Shown: piece after piece, positions 11,632 to 22,572 of the stretch
Numbering within the stretch: position 1 is the stretch's first letter
Layout: each line of letters begins with the position of its first letter
Source: Neocallimastix sp. 'constans'
Taxonomy: Eukaryota
Assembly (NCBI GenBank): GCA_050613775.1
Contig: JBODTK010000010.1
Coordinates: forward strand, 558,001-622,000
DNA length: 64,000 bases
Direction: 5' to 3'
Made by a program: the position numbers and the translations under genes
Notes under the pieces: generated by a model
The model's database searches: none
What the model saw: the letters and a program-made list of their open reading frames with translations, nothing else
What the model was told of the DNA's origin: nothing

Positions 11632-12453
11632 ATGAAAATATTGGAATTAGAAGATCTTTTACCTAGACTAGATGAATCTGGCAAAGATGTTGACACTTGG
11701 TCGGAAGAATTCGTTGGACTTATGAAGTTAGCAGATATTAACACTCCATCTTCAATACATACTTGGGCTATGGAGTGTGTAGAAGGGAAGCTACGAGGTG
11801 TCCTTCAAGACTTGGTTACTATTAACGAAGATGGTGAAGAAGTTTATCCTAATGTTAAACAAATGAAAAAGGCTCTGGAAGATGCATTAGAAGTGACCCC
11901 ACAGTTGAAATGCAAAAGATTGCAAAAACTAAAGATAAAAAAGAACGAGACTATTAAGAACTTCAACTGGAGGTACAAGAAGTTATACAACAATCTGCCA
12001 AGGTTATACCAAGAATTCATTACCGTAGATGATTACGCTGAATCTATTTCGTATAGACCATATGCGAGGGCACAAGTGATTACCAACCAATGCGTTGACT
12101 TAGAAGAAGCCTTTGAGGAAGCTGAATTGGCCGAGAGAGCTGAGACGAACGCTAAAAATTTCTCTAGTGATAAAGTTTTCACCACCATTTATCCTGCTAA
12201 CAAAGGAAGTCACCAACATCCATTTAGTTTATTTAGAAGTAATTACTCGTCAAGAAGGAACGATGTTAAGAGCATTCAATCAAACAGAACAGGAAAAACT
12301 GAAAGCAAGAAAGTTAATAAAAACAAAGAAATTAGATGCTACAAATGCTATCAATTAGGTCATGTAATGAAGTCATGCCCTTACTCTTATAAGGAACTTG
12401 CTGAGATGGAGGAATCCGGAAAGTTAGAAGAAAATAGAAGATCTTTAAACTAA
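11632..12453 (+). CDS. gag: Gag of element B with a CCHC zinc knuckle
   Basis: 273-aa ORF after the PBS; ETIKNFNWRY capsid-like motif and CYKCYQLGHVMKSC knuckle. Confidence 0.9.
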   Translation: MKILELEDLLPRLDESGKDVDTWSEEFVGLMKLADINTPSSIHTWAMECVEGKLRGVLQDLVTINEDGEEVYPNVKQMKKALEDALEVTPQLKCKRLQKLKIKKNETIKNFNWRYKKLYNNLPRLYQEFITVDDYAESISYRPYARAQVITNQCVDLEEAFEEAELAERAETNAKNFSSDKVFTTIYPANKGSHQHPFSLFRSNYSSRRNDVKSIQSNRTGKTESKKVNKNKEIRCYKCYQLGHVMKSCPYSYKELAEMEESGKLEENRRSLN

Positions 12454-15400
12454 TGGAAGGAAGAAGGAAAACTTCCTCTAAACAAACCGAGGATCTAGTT
12501 GCTACCGCCGTTAGAAGAAATAGATCCGACAAACCTCCAAATAAACCATATACAAAAATTACTTCATTAAAAGACAATCCAGTCCCTATCCCATTACCAA
12601 GAAACCACGAACAAGTCCCAGAACCATCCCTGTCGTTTCAGAATCCTGTACCAAATACTGAGACATTAAATGAAATTGATGTTTCAGTTATAGCTCAGCC
12701 ATCAATAAGAAATAGTAAAATAAAAGCCAAAGAACAAAAACAGCAAGAAATAATGAAGCAAGCACATGAACTTAGTGATAACAATAAGAAATCTAAGACT
12801 AGCACTACAAAATTACCAAGTACTTTATTAGACGAAAGACTAAACAAAACACCGAAACCTTTTAACACTGAGAAAAGAGGTGTTAAGCACATAGAATTGG
12901 CCCAAGGGATTAAAACTTACGACATCAAAGAGGATCTCAACCACAAAGTTGCTGATATCACCTTTGGACAATTATTGGACATTTGTCCGAAATTAAGGGC
13001 ACAGTTGAATAAGGCTCTCAGACTAAAAAACATTGAATTTAAGGAAGAAGGTATGGAAAAAATTATGTTGTCAACAATTTCCAAAGATGATATAGCTACT
13101 ACAGAGTGCCTAATCAATGGCGTAAAGGGCTTTGCATTTCTCGACACGTGTGCAAGTATCAATATCGTAACTCGTAGTTTTCTAAAAAATTTAAATGGAA
13201 TAAGACCTTTTGGATTTACCACAAATAATATCATCCAAGAAACTTCTAAGACTAGAATGTCTTCGGAATTGTACGTTTTAACGGTAACCTTTGGTAATCT
13301 TACAATTTCAGACGTAATCAGAGTAATCGATGATAATCAAGGATTGTTTGATGTATTAGTAGGTTATAAAACACTTAAAGAAAACAAGTTATTTATTAAT
13401 CCTTATGACAACTACCTTTGTAAAATGAATGATGATGAAACTTGGACAAGAATAGCACCTTTATCCGCAGACGAAGAAGTTCCAACTAGTGAAGACGAAG
13501 ATCAACCTAGTGAAGAAGAAGTTCAAACTGACTTTGAGGAAGATATCCATGATAAAAATAATCAGATTGATTTAACAAAGGATTCTATACTTCATTGCTT
13601 CATTTGTGAAAAGAGAAATCTAAAAGGAAAATCTGCCAAGTCATCATTAGTCATGCTGGTCAGCGAAGAGAAAGAAGCTCTACTTGGAAATATTCTAGAA
13701 CAGGTTCCTAGAGGAATTCGAAGACAATTAGGACGCCTTTTTAATGACTACAAGGAAGTATTGGCCATAAATATAGAAGAATTAGGCGGATCAAAGTTAT
13801 TACCACACTCAATAATATTAGAAAAAGACACTCTACCAATTAAACAAAAAGCCTACCGTTTATCTAAAGCTCAAGCTGAGGCATTAAAGGCTGAAATTAC
13901 CAAACTACTTAACAATAAATTAATTGAACCCTCTAGTTCACCATGGTCGTCACCAGTCATTTTAGTACTTAAGAAGAATGGTAAGTGGCGTATGTGCGTG
14001 GATTACCGGAAGTTGAACAACGTTACACTAAAGGATGCTTATGCCATTCCTCTAATTGATGACATTCTTTTCTTTATAGGACGAACAATTAAAGTGTTTA
14101 CTACTATTGATCTATTTTCTGGGTTCCATCAAATACCAATGAACCCAAAAGATATTCCAAAAACTAGCTTTACCACGGCTTTTGGGAACTACCAATTTCT
14201 CGTAATGCCATTCGGGTTATGTAATGCCCCAGGAACATTCCAACGAGAAATGAACCGAATCTTCTACCCTTTAATCGGGCAATGTCTTTTTGTATATATA
14301 GATGACTTAATTATATTTTCCGAAACTATTGAAGACCACTTAAGAGATTTAGAGAAAGTATTTACCATCTTAAAGGAAAACGGTATCAAATTGAATTTAG
14401 AGAAATGCCATTTTTTCAAAGATAAAGTTGAACTGTTGGGTCACACTGTTTCAACTGATGGCATTTCACCATTATCAGATAAAGTAAAGGTTATAGCCCA
14501 ATGGTTGCCCCCAGCTACCACATCCCAACTTCAATCTTTTCTCGGTGCTATTGGCTATTATCGTAAATTTATTCTTAACTTTGCTACAATTGCGAAACCT
14601 TTATTTAAGTTGTTAAAGAAGAACGTTGAATTCAAGTGGGGAAAAGCTGAAAATGATAGTTTCGAAGAGTTAAAGTACAGGATGATTACGGCTCCCATAT
14701 TAATGATGCCTGACTTCAAGAACCAATTTATAATCCGTACGGATGCATCTTTCGATGGCATTGGCGGAGTGTTACTGCAAAAAGATGAATTTGGCAAGGA
14801 ACGACCCATTCATTATATTAGTAGATCTCTGAAGCCATCAGAACAAAATTATGGAATCACAGATCTTGAGGGAACGGCAGCAGCGTACTGCGTAAAGAAA
14901 TTCAAATCCTATATCGGAGGAAACCCACATACTACCTTGTTGTTCACAGACCATAAACCGTTAGTAAGCTTATTTAAGAACAAGGAAACTAATAACTCTA
15001 GGCAGACCAGATGGGTATTGCTACTCTCAATGCTTAAGGTTGAAGTAATCTATGAACCTGGCAAGAAGAATGTGCTTGCAGATGCGCTTTCGAGATTAAA
15101 ATCTTCCAATCCAATAGTTTCAACTGTCTTGTCGGAGATCAATTCTATTGATGAAGGAAACTTACTGAACCCTATCAAGAGCAAATTTATTACAATAAAT
15201 GACGAAGAATATTACTTAGACAATGGTACTTATAGGAAGGTAATTAATAATGATAATCAAAAGCTACAACTAATACTTGATGCACACAGAGTTGGTCACG
15301 AAGGTGTGTTTAAGACTTACAATCGCCTAAAAAGAGACTATTTTTGGATAAACATGATCTTAGACGTTAAATATATTGTCAATACGTGGGATAGATGTCA

Positions 15401-16325
15401 AAAATTCAAGCCACAACCACAAAATGCTTACGTTGAAAATATTCCAACCAAACCGGGTAGACCTTTCACAAAAGTAGGACTTGATATTATAGGCCCGCTG
15501 CCTCAGACTAACAAAGGGAACCAATATATTATAGTATTGGTCGACTACCTGACAAAATGGGTTGAAGCCGACCCACTTTCTACCATCGAATCTAAGGACC
15601 TCATTAGTTTCCTAATGAAAGTTTTTGCACGCCACGGAATTCCAGAGGTTATTGTCACCGATAACGGTCCTCAGTTTTGTTCAGACAAAACAAAAGCTTT
15701 TCTTGGCTTGTATGGTGTGTTGGTACAATTTGTTACGGTGTATCATCCGGAATCTAATGGCATGGTTGAAAATCGTAACAAACAAATAGGAAAATATTTA
15801 AGGCTACTATGCAACAAGAACACTCAAAATTGGGATGAAATACTTCCTAGCGCTTTATGGGCCTTGCGAACTTGTAAAAATGAAACTACTCAATTTTCTA
15901 GCTTTGAATTACTCTATGGACGTAGAGATTTACAACCATTCGAATTGACCATTAACATTGATCAAAAAGAAGATTGCGAAACTGACGAAGAATTCATGGT
16001 TCGGAAATTTGTTCGCCATCATCGTTGGATAAAAGAAGCAATAAATAACATTCAAACAGCCAACAAAATTTGGGAAGATCGCAGGAAACAAATAAGAAGG
16101 CTTAAGTCCGACTATAAACCAGGGGATCTTGTACTTATAAAGTATATTAACAGAAGAAAGCTTGATCCTTATTTCATTGGCCCTATGAAAATTGTGAAAA
16201 AACAATTTAACACTATCACGGTTTGTGATCCTGTCACTAATGAAATTGCGGACAGGAATGTGCATCTTAAGAACGTTATCCCATATAGGCTGTGCGAACT
16301 ACCGACTTCAAGGGACGAAGTCTGA
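12453..16325 (+). CDS. pol: Pol polyprotein of element B (protease, RT, RNase H, integrase; no chromodomain)
   Basis: FLDTCAS protease; WRMCVDYRKLN and YIDD RT; TDAS and TDHKPL RNase H; GLDIIGP, TDNGPQF and NGMVE integrase; C-terminal GP(Y/F)-like motif. Confidence 0.96.
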   Translation: MEGRRKTSSKQTEDLVATAVRRNRSDKPPNKPYTKITSLKDNPVPIPLPRNHEQVPEPSLSFQNPVPNTETLNEIDVSVIAQPSIRNSKIKAKEQKQQEIMKQAHELSDNNKKSKTSTTKLPSTLLDERLNKTPKPFNTEKRGVKHIELAQGIKTYDIKEDLNHKVADITFGQLLDICPKLRAQLNKALRLKNIEFKEEGMEKIMLSTISKDDIATTECLINGVKGFAFLDTCASINIVTRSFLKNLNGIRPFGFTTNNIIQETSKTRMSSELYVLTVTFGNLTISDVIRVIDDNQGLFDVLVGYKTLKENKLFINPYDNYLCKMNDDETWTRIAPLSADEEVPTSEDEDQPSEEEVQTDFEEDIHDKNNQIDLTKDSILHCFICEKRNLKGKSAKSSLVMLVSEEKEALLGNILEQVPRGIRRQLGRLFNDYKEVLAINIEELGGSKLLPHSIILEKDTLPIKQKAYRLSKAQAEALKAEITKLLNNKLIEPSSSPWSSPVILVLKKNGKWRMCVDYRKLNNVTLKDAYAIPLIDDILFFIGRTIKVFTTIDLFSGFHQIPMNPKDIPKTSFTTAFGNYQFLVMPFGLCNAPGTFQREMNRIFYPLIGQCLFVYIDDLIIFSETIEDHLRDLEKVFTILKENGIKLNLEKCHFFKDKVELLGHTVSTDGISPLSDKVKVIAQWLPPATTSQLQSFLGAIGYYRKFILNFATIAKPLFKLLKKNVEFKWGKAENDSFEELKYRMITAPILMMPDFKNQFIIRTDASFDGIGGVLLQKDEFGKERPIHYISRSLKPSEQNYGITDLEGTAAAYCVKKFKSYIGGNPHTTLLFTDHKPLVSLFKNKETNNSRQTRWVLLLSMLKVEVIYEPGKKNVLADALSRLKSSNPIVSTVLSEINSIDEGNLLNPIKSKFITINDEEYYLDNGTYRKVINNDNQKLQLILDAHRVGHEGVFKTYNRLKRDYFWINMILDVKYIVNTWDRCQKFKPQPQNAYVENIPTKPGRPFTKVGLDIIGPLPQTNKGNQYIIVLVDYLTKWVEADPLSTIESKDLISFLMKVFARHGIPEVIVTDNGPQFCSDKTKAFLGLYGVLVQFVTVYHPESNGMVENRNKQIGKYLRLLCNKNTQNWDEILPSALWALRTCKNETTQFSSFELLYGRRDLQPFELTINIDQKEDCETDEEFMVRKFVRHHRWIKEAINNIQTANKIWEDRRKQIRRLKSDYKPGDLVLIKYINRRKLDPYFIGPMKIVKKQFNTITVCDPVTNEIADRNVHLKNVIPYRLCELPTSRDEV

Positions 16326-16342
16326 TTTCGGCGTGGGCATCT

Positions 16343-17018
16343 TGTTACGAGACAATAAAAAAAAATGAATAATAATTAAATATTCAATTATATACAAAAA
16401 AGATTATAATATTTGTTAACAATACTTTATAATAATTTATATTAATATTTTATAATAGTTTTATATTAATATTTTATAATAGTTTTATATTAATATTTTA
16501 TAATAGTTTTATATTAATATTTTATAATAGTTTTATATCAATATTTTATAATAGTTTTATATTAATATTTTATAATAGTTTTATATTAATATTTTATAAT
16601 AGTTTTATATCAATATTTTATAATAGTTTTATATTAATATTTTATAATAGTTTTACATTAATATTTTATAATAGTTTTATATCAATATTTTATAATAGTT
16701 TTATATTAATAATAGTTTTATATTAATATTCTATAATAGTTTTATATTAAAATCTTGTGATAATTTATATTAAAATTTTATAATAATTTATATTAATGAT
16801 TTATAATAATTTTATATATAAATTCGAAACCAATTAAATTAAAATTTTTAATACTAACAAATCAAATTGATAGAATATTAAATATTTAAGAAATTATGAA
16901 AATAAAATAATTAAAAACTCTCTCTTTCAAAAATAAAAAATTATTTAATAAAGATAAATAAATATAATCGAATATATTATTACTATAATAAATTTTAATA
17001 ATTACCTGTGTTGTCCCA
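16343..17018 (+). repeat. 3' LTR of element B (676 bp)
   Basis: TGTTAC...GTCCCA; contains about 11 full copies of a 24-bp unit (about 16444-16750); preceded by GGCGTGGGCATCT. Confidence 0.92.
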
Positions 17019-17022
17019 TTTG

Positions 17023-18943
17023 TGTGTAAGAAATAATAATTATTTATTAATAAATAATTACTATTTCTTAGTCTTTATAATTATTGATAATAATTATAAA
17101 TTTATTTAAATTATAATTAATTCATACATTGAAATATTATTATCAAATTTATTAAAAATATAATTATTCATACACTAAAATAATATTAAAAAATTTATTT
17201 AAATAACTATTATATATTCTTTTATTAATATTATTAATTTTATTTAGTTATTAATTTAATTATCAAGTTAATGTAAACATTAGTTTTATTTATTTTGTAC
17301 ATTATACATTTAAAAGAACAATTAATAAGTTTCTGTATTTTTTAAAGATAGTTTTATGTTAATAAGTTTAGATTAGATTTTAAAAATAATATTTAGAAAA
17401 ATAGAATAATTTAGATCATTCCGGTTATTATTTATTTTTCCTTTTATTTGATGATCTAAATTAAAATTTAGAAAATCGATATATTAAGGTTTTATCCAAA
17501 TATAAAATAATATATTATGGTTTTACTTAATATATACGATGATCGATATGAATAGAATATCGATCAAAACTTATCTAGTTTTTTCTTCTAATCTTTTTCT
17601 AGATAAGATAATTTTTAAGATTAGAAAAACTTTTTATTTAACCTTAATTTAATAAAAAAATATAAAAGGGCTCTTGATTTCTCTTTAAGAAATCAAGAGT
17701 TATTATTATAAAAATATAGTTATAATAATAGCAATTTTATATTTTAAACTTTAATAAATTAATAAAACATTTTATTCAAAAACATATTTTTTAAAACAAA
17801 TTTATTCAAATATTCCTTCTTTTGCTCTTTGTGTTGTTATTATAATTAATTTTATAATAAACTCGTTTTTAGGTAAAATTTTTATTTTTATTTTATTTCT
17901 CAACTTAATGAATTAGTCATTAAGTTGAAGTTAATAATCATATTTAGTGATAGAACTTAGTATGATTATTACATTGTGATAAAGAATGCCCAAATAATGT
18001 TCTTTTGGTTATGCATCTTAAATGATTCATTTAACCCTTAAACAAATTATTTGATTCTTTATTCTTTTGGAACTTTCTATATTCTAATAAATTAATCTAT
18101 ATTCCTAATTAGTACAAATTAAATTATACTATTTAAAAAAGTATATTTAATATTAATTCCTTATCTATGCTACCTTTATTATTCTTATCTATATTTTATT
18201 ATTATTAAAATCCTTATCAATATTATATAGTTTATTTTATCAATTTTCTTTATAGTTTATCAAAATCTTATCAATATTTCTTTTATTAATATTAAACTTA
18301 TCAATATCAATTATTTCTTTGGAAAATTCCAAATTAAAAAATTGTATTAATGATTACTAATAAAAGATTAAACATAAAAGGAAATAATTATATTATTATT
18401 ATATGTTTTATTATAAATATTATATTATAAATTTGATGAAATGGTTATAAATTTTATATTAATAATTTAAATAATATTATTTTTCTAAACTTAGTAAAAT
18501 TAAACTTTAGGATTAAATAAATATTACTAAACCACAGAATTAACTTCTGTAAAATAAAAAATTTGTCTTTTAAAATATATAATTAAGTAGATTAGTAATA
18601 AATAATTAGTAATAGATTAATATATAAGTATTATTTATTATAAGTTAAAGAATAATTATATTAATAATAAAAAATTAATATAAAATATTTAATAATTAAT
18701 TTTTATTATACAAAGAAATGGCTTTACCATTTCTATTATTTTAAGAAAAAAAAAAATATAAATAACAGTAAAAAAATTGTATTTTTTATATTGTAATTTA
18801 ATATTGTAATTTTTAAAAAAAAAATTTTAATAAAGGATTTATAAAACAAAAATTTATTTTGTTTATTAATTTTCTTGTTTGTTTATTTTTTATTGTTTAT
18901 ATTAATATTTATTTTTATTTTTCCCTCTCTCCGAACCTTAACA
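17023..18943. other. Hairpin-dense non-coding segment, possibly a long solo LTR
   Basis: Begins TGTG after TTTG and ends TAACA before TTTG; many perfect 9-13 bp inverted repeats in 17027-18034; TATAAAAG near 17661. Confidence 0.35.
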
Positions 18944-19151
18944 TTTGTTATAGGTTATTTATAAAAAAATATCTAGTAATCATAAAAATAAGGAAAAATA
19001 TCATAAATATTAGTTGATTTATAATTGGAATTCAATAATAGATCAATTGAAATTAAATTTCATTATTGAAAATTTCATTTTAAAATTAAATTCTTATTTA
19101 AAAAAATCAATACAAGGAATATTCAATATTTTGAAACAAAAGGGTTTGGAC

Positions 19152-19783
19152 TTCTTAATGTGGCTTATAAAACTTTAAAATAAAGCCATAAATTTTTAAG
19201 ATATTCTATACAATCATAAATAAATATATAAATAATAATTATTTCAAAATAAATAATAATATATTTTTATAATTAAATATTATTAAATAGCTATTTCAAA
19301 AGAAATATATTCTATTAAAAAAATATAGACTAGATACTGTCCTAACAGTGGGCCTGAGAGGGTTGCACTAGTAACTGTCATTAATGTACTTACGAGGGAA
19401 TTCCTAGCTTATGGGTTCATATGCTCGTAGCTAAACTACGAATAATCAATCTGCTATCCTATTACCAAGTGGGTTAGCACGTGACTTATTAGGTTAGGTT
19501 ACTCTAGCCTCGCTTCTAGGGAGTTAGGTATTGAAAAAGCATTCCGAGAAAAATTGTGCTAGAAAATCTCAGCAATAATATGTATGGTTAGAGCGCCAAT
19601 GCTGAATAAAACAGTAAGGCTGTCCAGTAGGGACTATATCCACAAAGTGTTGTGACTACCTTAATAACCTTAATATTCCCATGTCTTCAGGAGTACACAC
19701 CGAAAATAAAAAAAAAAAAAAAAAAAAAAATTAAAAAAGAATTATAAAAAATAATTTTTACAATTGAATATTAATAAATTATA

Positions 19784-19819
<36 letters not shown>

Positions 19820-20260
19820 TTATTATTTATTTAATAATAATTTAAAAGGCAAGCCATATACGAAATACGCCACATTGTGAAATGCACAATAACTAAATAC
19901 ACTATCACCAAATGAATCCAGAGCGTTTCTCAATCGTTATTATAATGTGGCGTATTTATATGTGGCTTTTTTTAATTATCAAATAAATACTAATCAAATA
20001 AATAATAATTAAATAAATAATATTCTTTTTTTATATATATAATTTATTAATATTCAATTATAAAAATAATTTTTTCTAATTTCTTTTTAATAGAATATAT
20101 TATTATCTCTTTTGAAATAGTTATTTAATAATATTTAATTGAAAAAATATATTATTATTTCTTTTAAAATAATAATTATTTATATATTTGTTTATGATTA
20201 TATAGAATATCTTAAAAATGTATGGCTTTATTTAAAAAATATTATACGCCACATTACGAA
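19152..20260. mobile_element. Foldback/MITE-like element with long imperfect inverted arms
   Basis: 19152-19323 plus 19731-19876 is the imperfect reverse complement of about 19945-20260; the motif AATGTGGCGTAT or a close variant occurs four times in alternating orientation. Confidence 0.7.
19324..19730 (+). mobile_element. Poly(A)-tailed non-coding retroposon (SINE-like, or the 3' end of a truncated LINE)
   Basis: Abruptly GC-richer ~380-bp island ending in AATAAA and an A-run; flanked by TTAAAAAA on both sides; interrupts one arm of the foldback element. Confidence 0.65.
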
Positions 20261-21456
20261 ATGCACTACAAATTAATAAAAATTAATTTAACCCTTAAAA
20301 AATTAATAAAAAATAAATAGAAGAATGATAACTTTAGAAATAATAGAAATTTCCAGCTGAATATAATTGATATTACATTGATTAGGAATTTTTGCTCGAG
20401 ACCTACAACATATATTAATTTCAACGAGAAATATTAGACTTGAAAAAAATTTTTGATACATAAAAAAAAATTTAATTATTTAAACGGCCTTATAAATAAT
20501 AAATTACTATTTTATATAGATAAAACTTATATAATTAATTAGTACATTTAATTTATATATATACATGTATTTTAACCATGCAAAATATAATAATAAAATA
20601 ATATTGATAAAAATCTTTCATTAAAAAAACTACATAATTATTAATAAAATATTAATAATATTGATTCATGAATTCAATATTATCAATAAAATTTCTAACT
20701 CTAAACCAATTGGTTAATTAAATATAATATAATTAACTACATCTTTAATAATTATATTATAAATTGTATGTATAACATAACCTATTAAATCAATTACATC
20801 AATAGTATTAATCTTAATAAGATTTATTATCAAAATATTTAATAAAAGTTTTTATTAAAACTTTTTTTTTAATATTGAATTTATTTATTAAATTAAAAAA
20901 TTTTATAGGTGAAAATCATTTTAATTTTAATTAATTATTATAAATAATAACACATCTTAACCTAACCAAATGTAACTCAAATCAAATATTAGAAGATGAA
21001 TCAAATATAAAATTGAACGATCATCTTGTAAAGTAACACAAAGAAAGAAATATTAATTCATTACCAATAGGATTTAAGATAATTTAGTATATACAATTAA
21101 ATAATAAATAATTTAGGTGATTTTTGTTTAGGAAAAAGAATTACTAGAATGGATTTATGTTAAATTTTAAATTATATTCTTTAACTAGAGTCAAATTTTT
21201 GGAAAATTTTGGTTCAACATTAGAAAATTAGAGTTATAAATTGTATATGATTATTTTATTTAATTTCAGAAATTTATTTTATGGAATTTTTGAGTATTAT
21301 GAGTTTAGTGGTATAAATTAAAAATTAAAAAACAACAACAACTCATAATGCAAGAAAATACTTTAATAAATAAAAATCTTATAAATATTAAAAATTAAGT
21401 AATTAAAAAAAAAGAATATTTAAATAACTTTTTTTCTTATTTTTCATTTTTATTCA

Positions 21457-21559
<103 letters not shown>

Positions 21560-21755
21560 TAAATGTTTCGCTTTTTTGCTTTCATTTATTTGTTTTCTTT
21601 TTTATAATATTTATGATTCAATATATAAATATATATTTTTTAGACCAGGAAGAGAATACGTTTCTATTACTTTACTTTTTTTTTAATATATATAAAGTAA
21701 CATTTGAAAAGTAGGAAATATAATGTCAGTTAAGCTTTCCTTCTAACCAAACAAA

Positions 21756-21909
21756 AAATATTATCAACAGGACATTCAATTTCTATAGATTTATTATATG
21801 CAGAACGATTATTACTATTTGTGTTAGATAAACTTGAAGACCAGATATTAAAATTATTTTTTAATATTTTGTCATATCGGTTCGAAGTTAACTCTCTTGG
21901 TTGAGAAGG

Positions 21910-21949
<40 letters not shown>

Positions 21950-22312
21950 TAAAGGAAATAATGACTAGTATAACTAGGCAATTCCGCTAATCTGAACTAT
22001 ATACTGAATATCTGACTTGACTCAGATTTTTTTTTATTAAAGAAAATTCTTTTAATATCTTTATTTTCTCCAGTTTAGGATGAAGCTCATCTAAAGCTAA
22101 AGCTCTACCATTAAAAAGGAACTTATATATTTGTTAATTCGTTCTTTTTAATCTTAAAAAATATTATCAACAGGACATTCAATTTCTATAGATTTATTAT
22201 ATGCAGAACGATTATTACTATTTGTGTTAGATAAACTTGAAGACCAGATATTAAAATTATTTTTTAATATTTTGTCATATCGGTTCGAAGTTAACTCTCT
22301 TGGTTGAGAAGG

Positions 22313-22362
<50 letters not shown>

Positions 22363-22572
22363 TAAAGGAAATAATGACTAGTATAACTAGGCAATTCCGC
22401 TAATCTGAACTATATACTGAATATCTGACTTGACTCAGATTTTTTTTTATTAAAGAAAATTCTTTTAATATCTTTATTTTCTCCAGTTTAGGATGAAGCT
22501 CATCTAAAGCTAAAGCTCTACCATTAAAAAGGAACTTATATATTTGTTAATTCGTTCTTTTTAATCTTAAAA
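21756..22572. repeat. Tandem duplication of a ~400-bp unit
   Basis: About 21756-22157 and 22158-22572 match except for the length of an internal (TA)n and a T-run. Confidence 0.9.

Larger units (their letters stand above)
977..17018 (+). mobile_element. Ty3/Gypsy LTR retrotransposon B (outer element; 5' LTR interrupted by element A)
   Basis: LTRs run TGTTACGAGA...TTGTCCCA at both ends; 4-bp TSD TTTG (973-976 and 17019-17022); PBS at 11463; gag and pol with domain order PR-RT-RH-IN. Confidence 0.93.

Noticed and set aside
18031..18041. TTAACCCTTAA as a telomerase RNA template or piggyBac end
   Set aside because: It would imply a TTAAGGG telomere, which I cannot verify. The same string recurs near 20288 and no matching partner end was found.
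19631..19640. Minus-strand GATATAGTCC resembling the group I intron S element
   Set aside because: It is in the wrong position relative to the island, with no matching R element or host exon.
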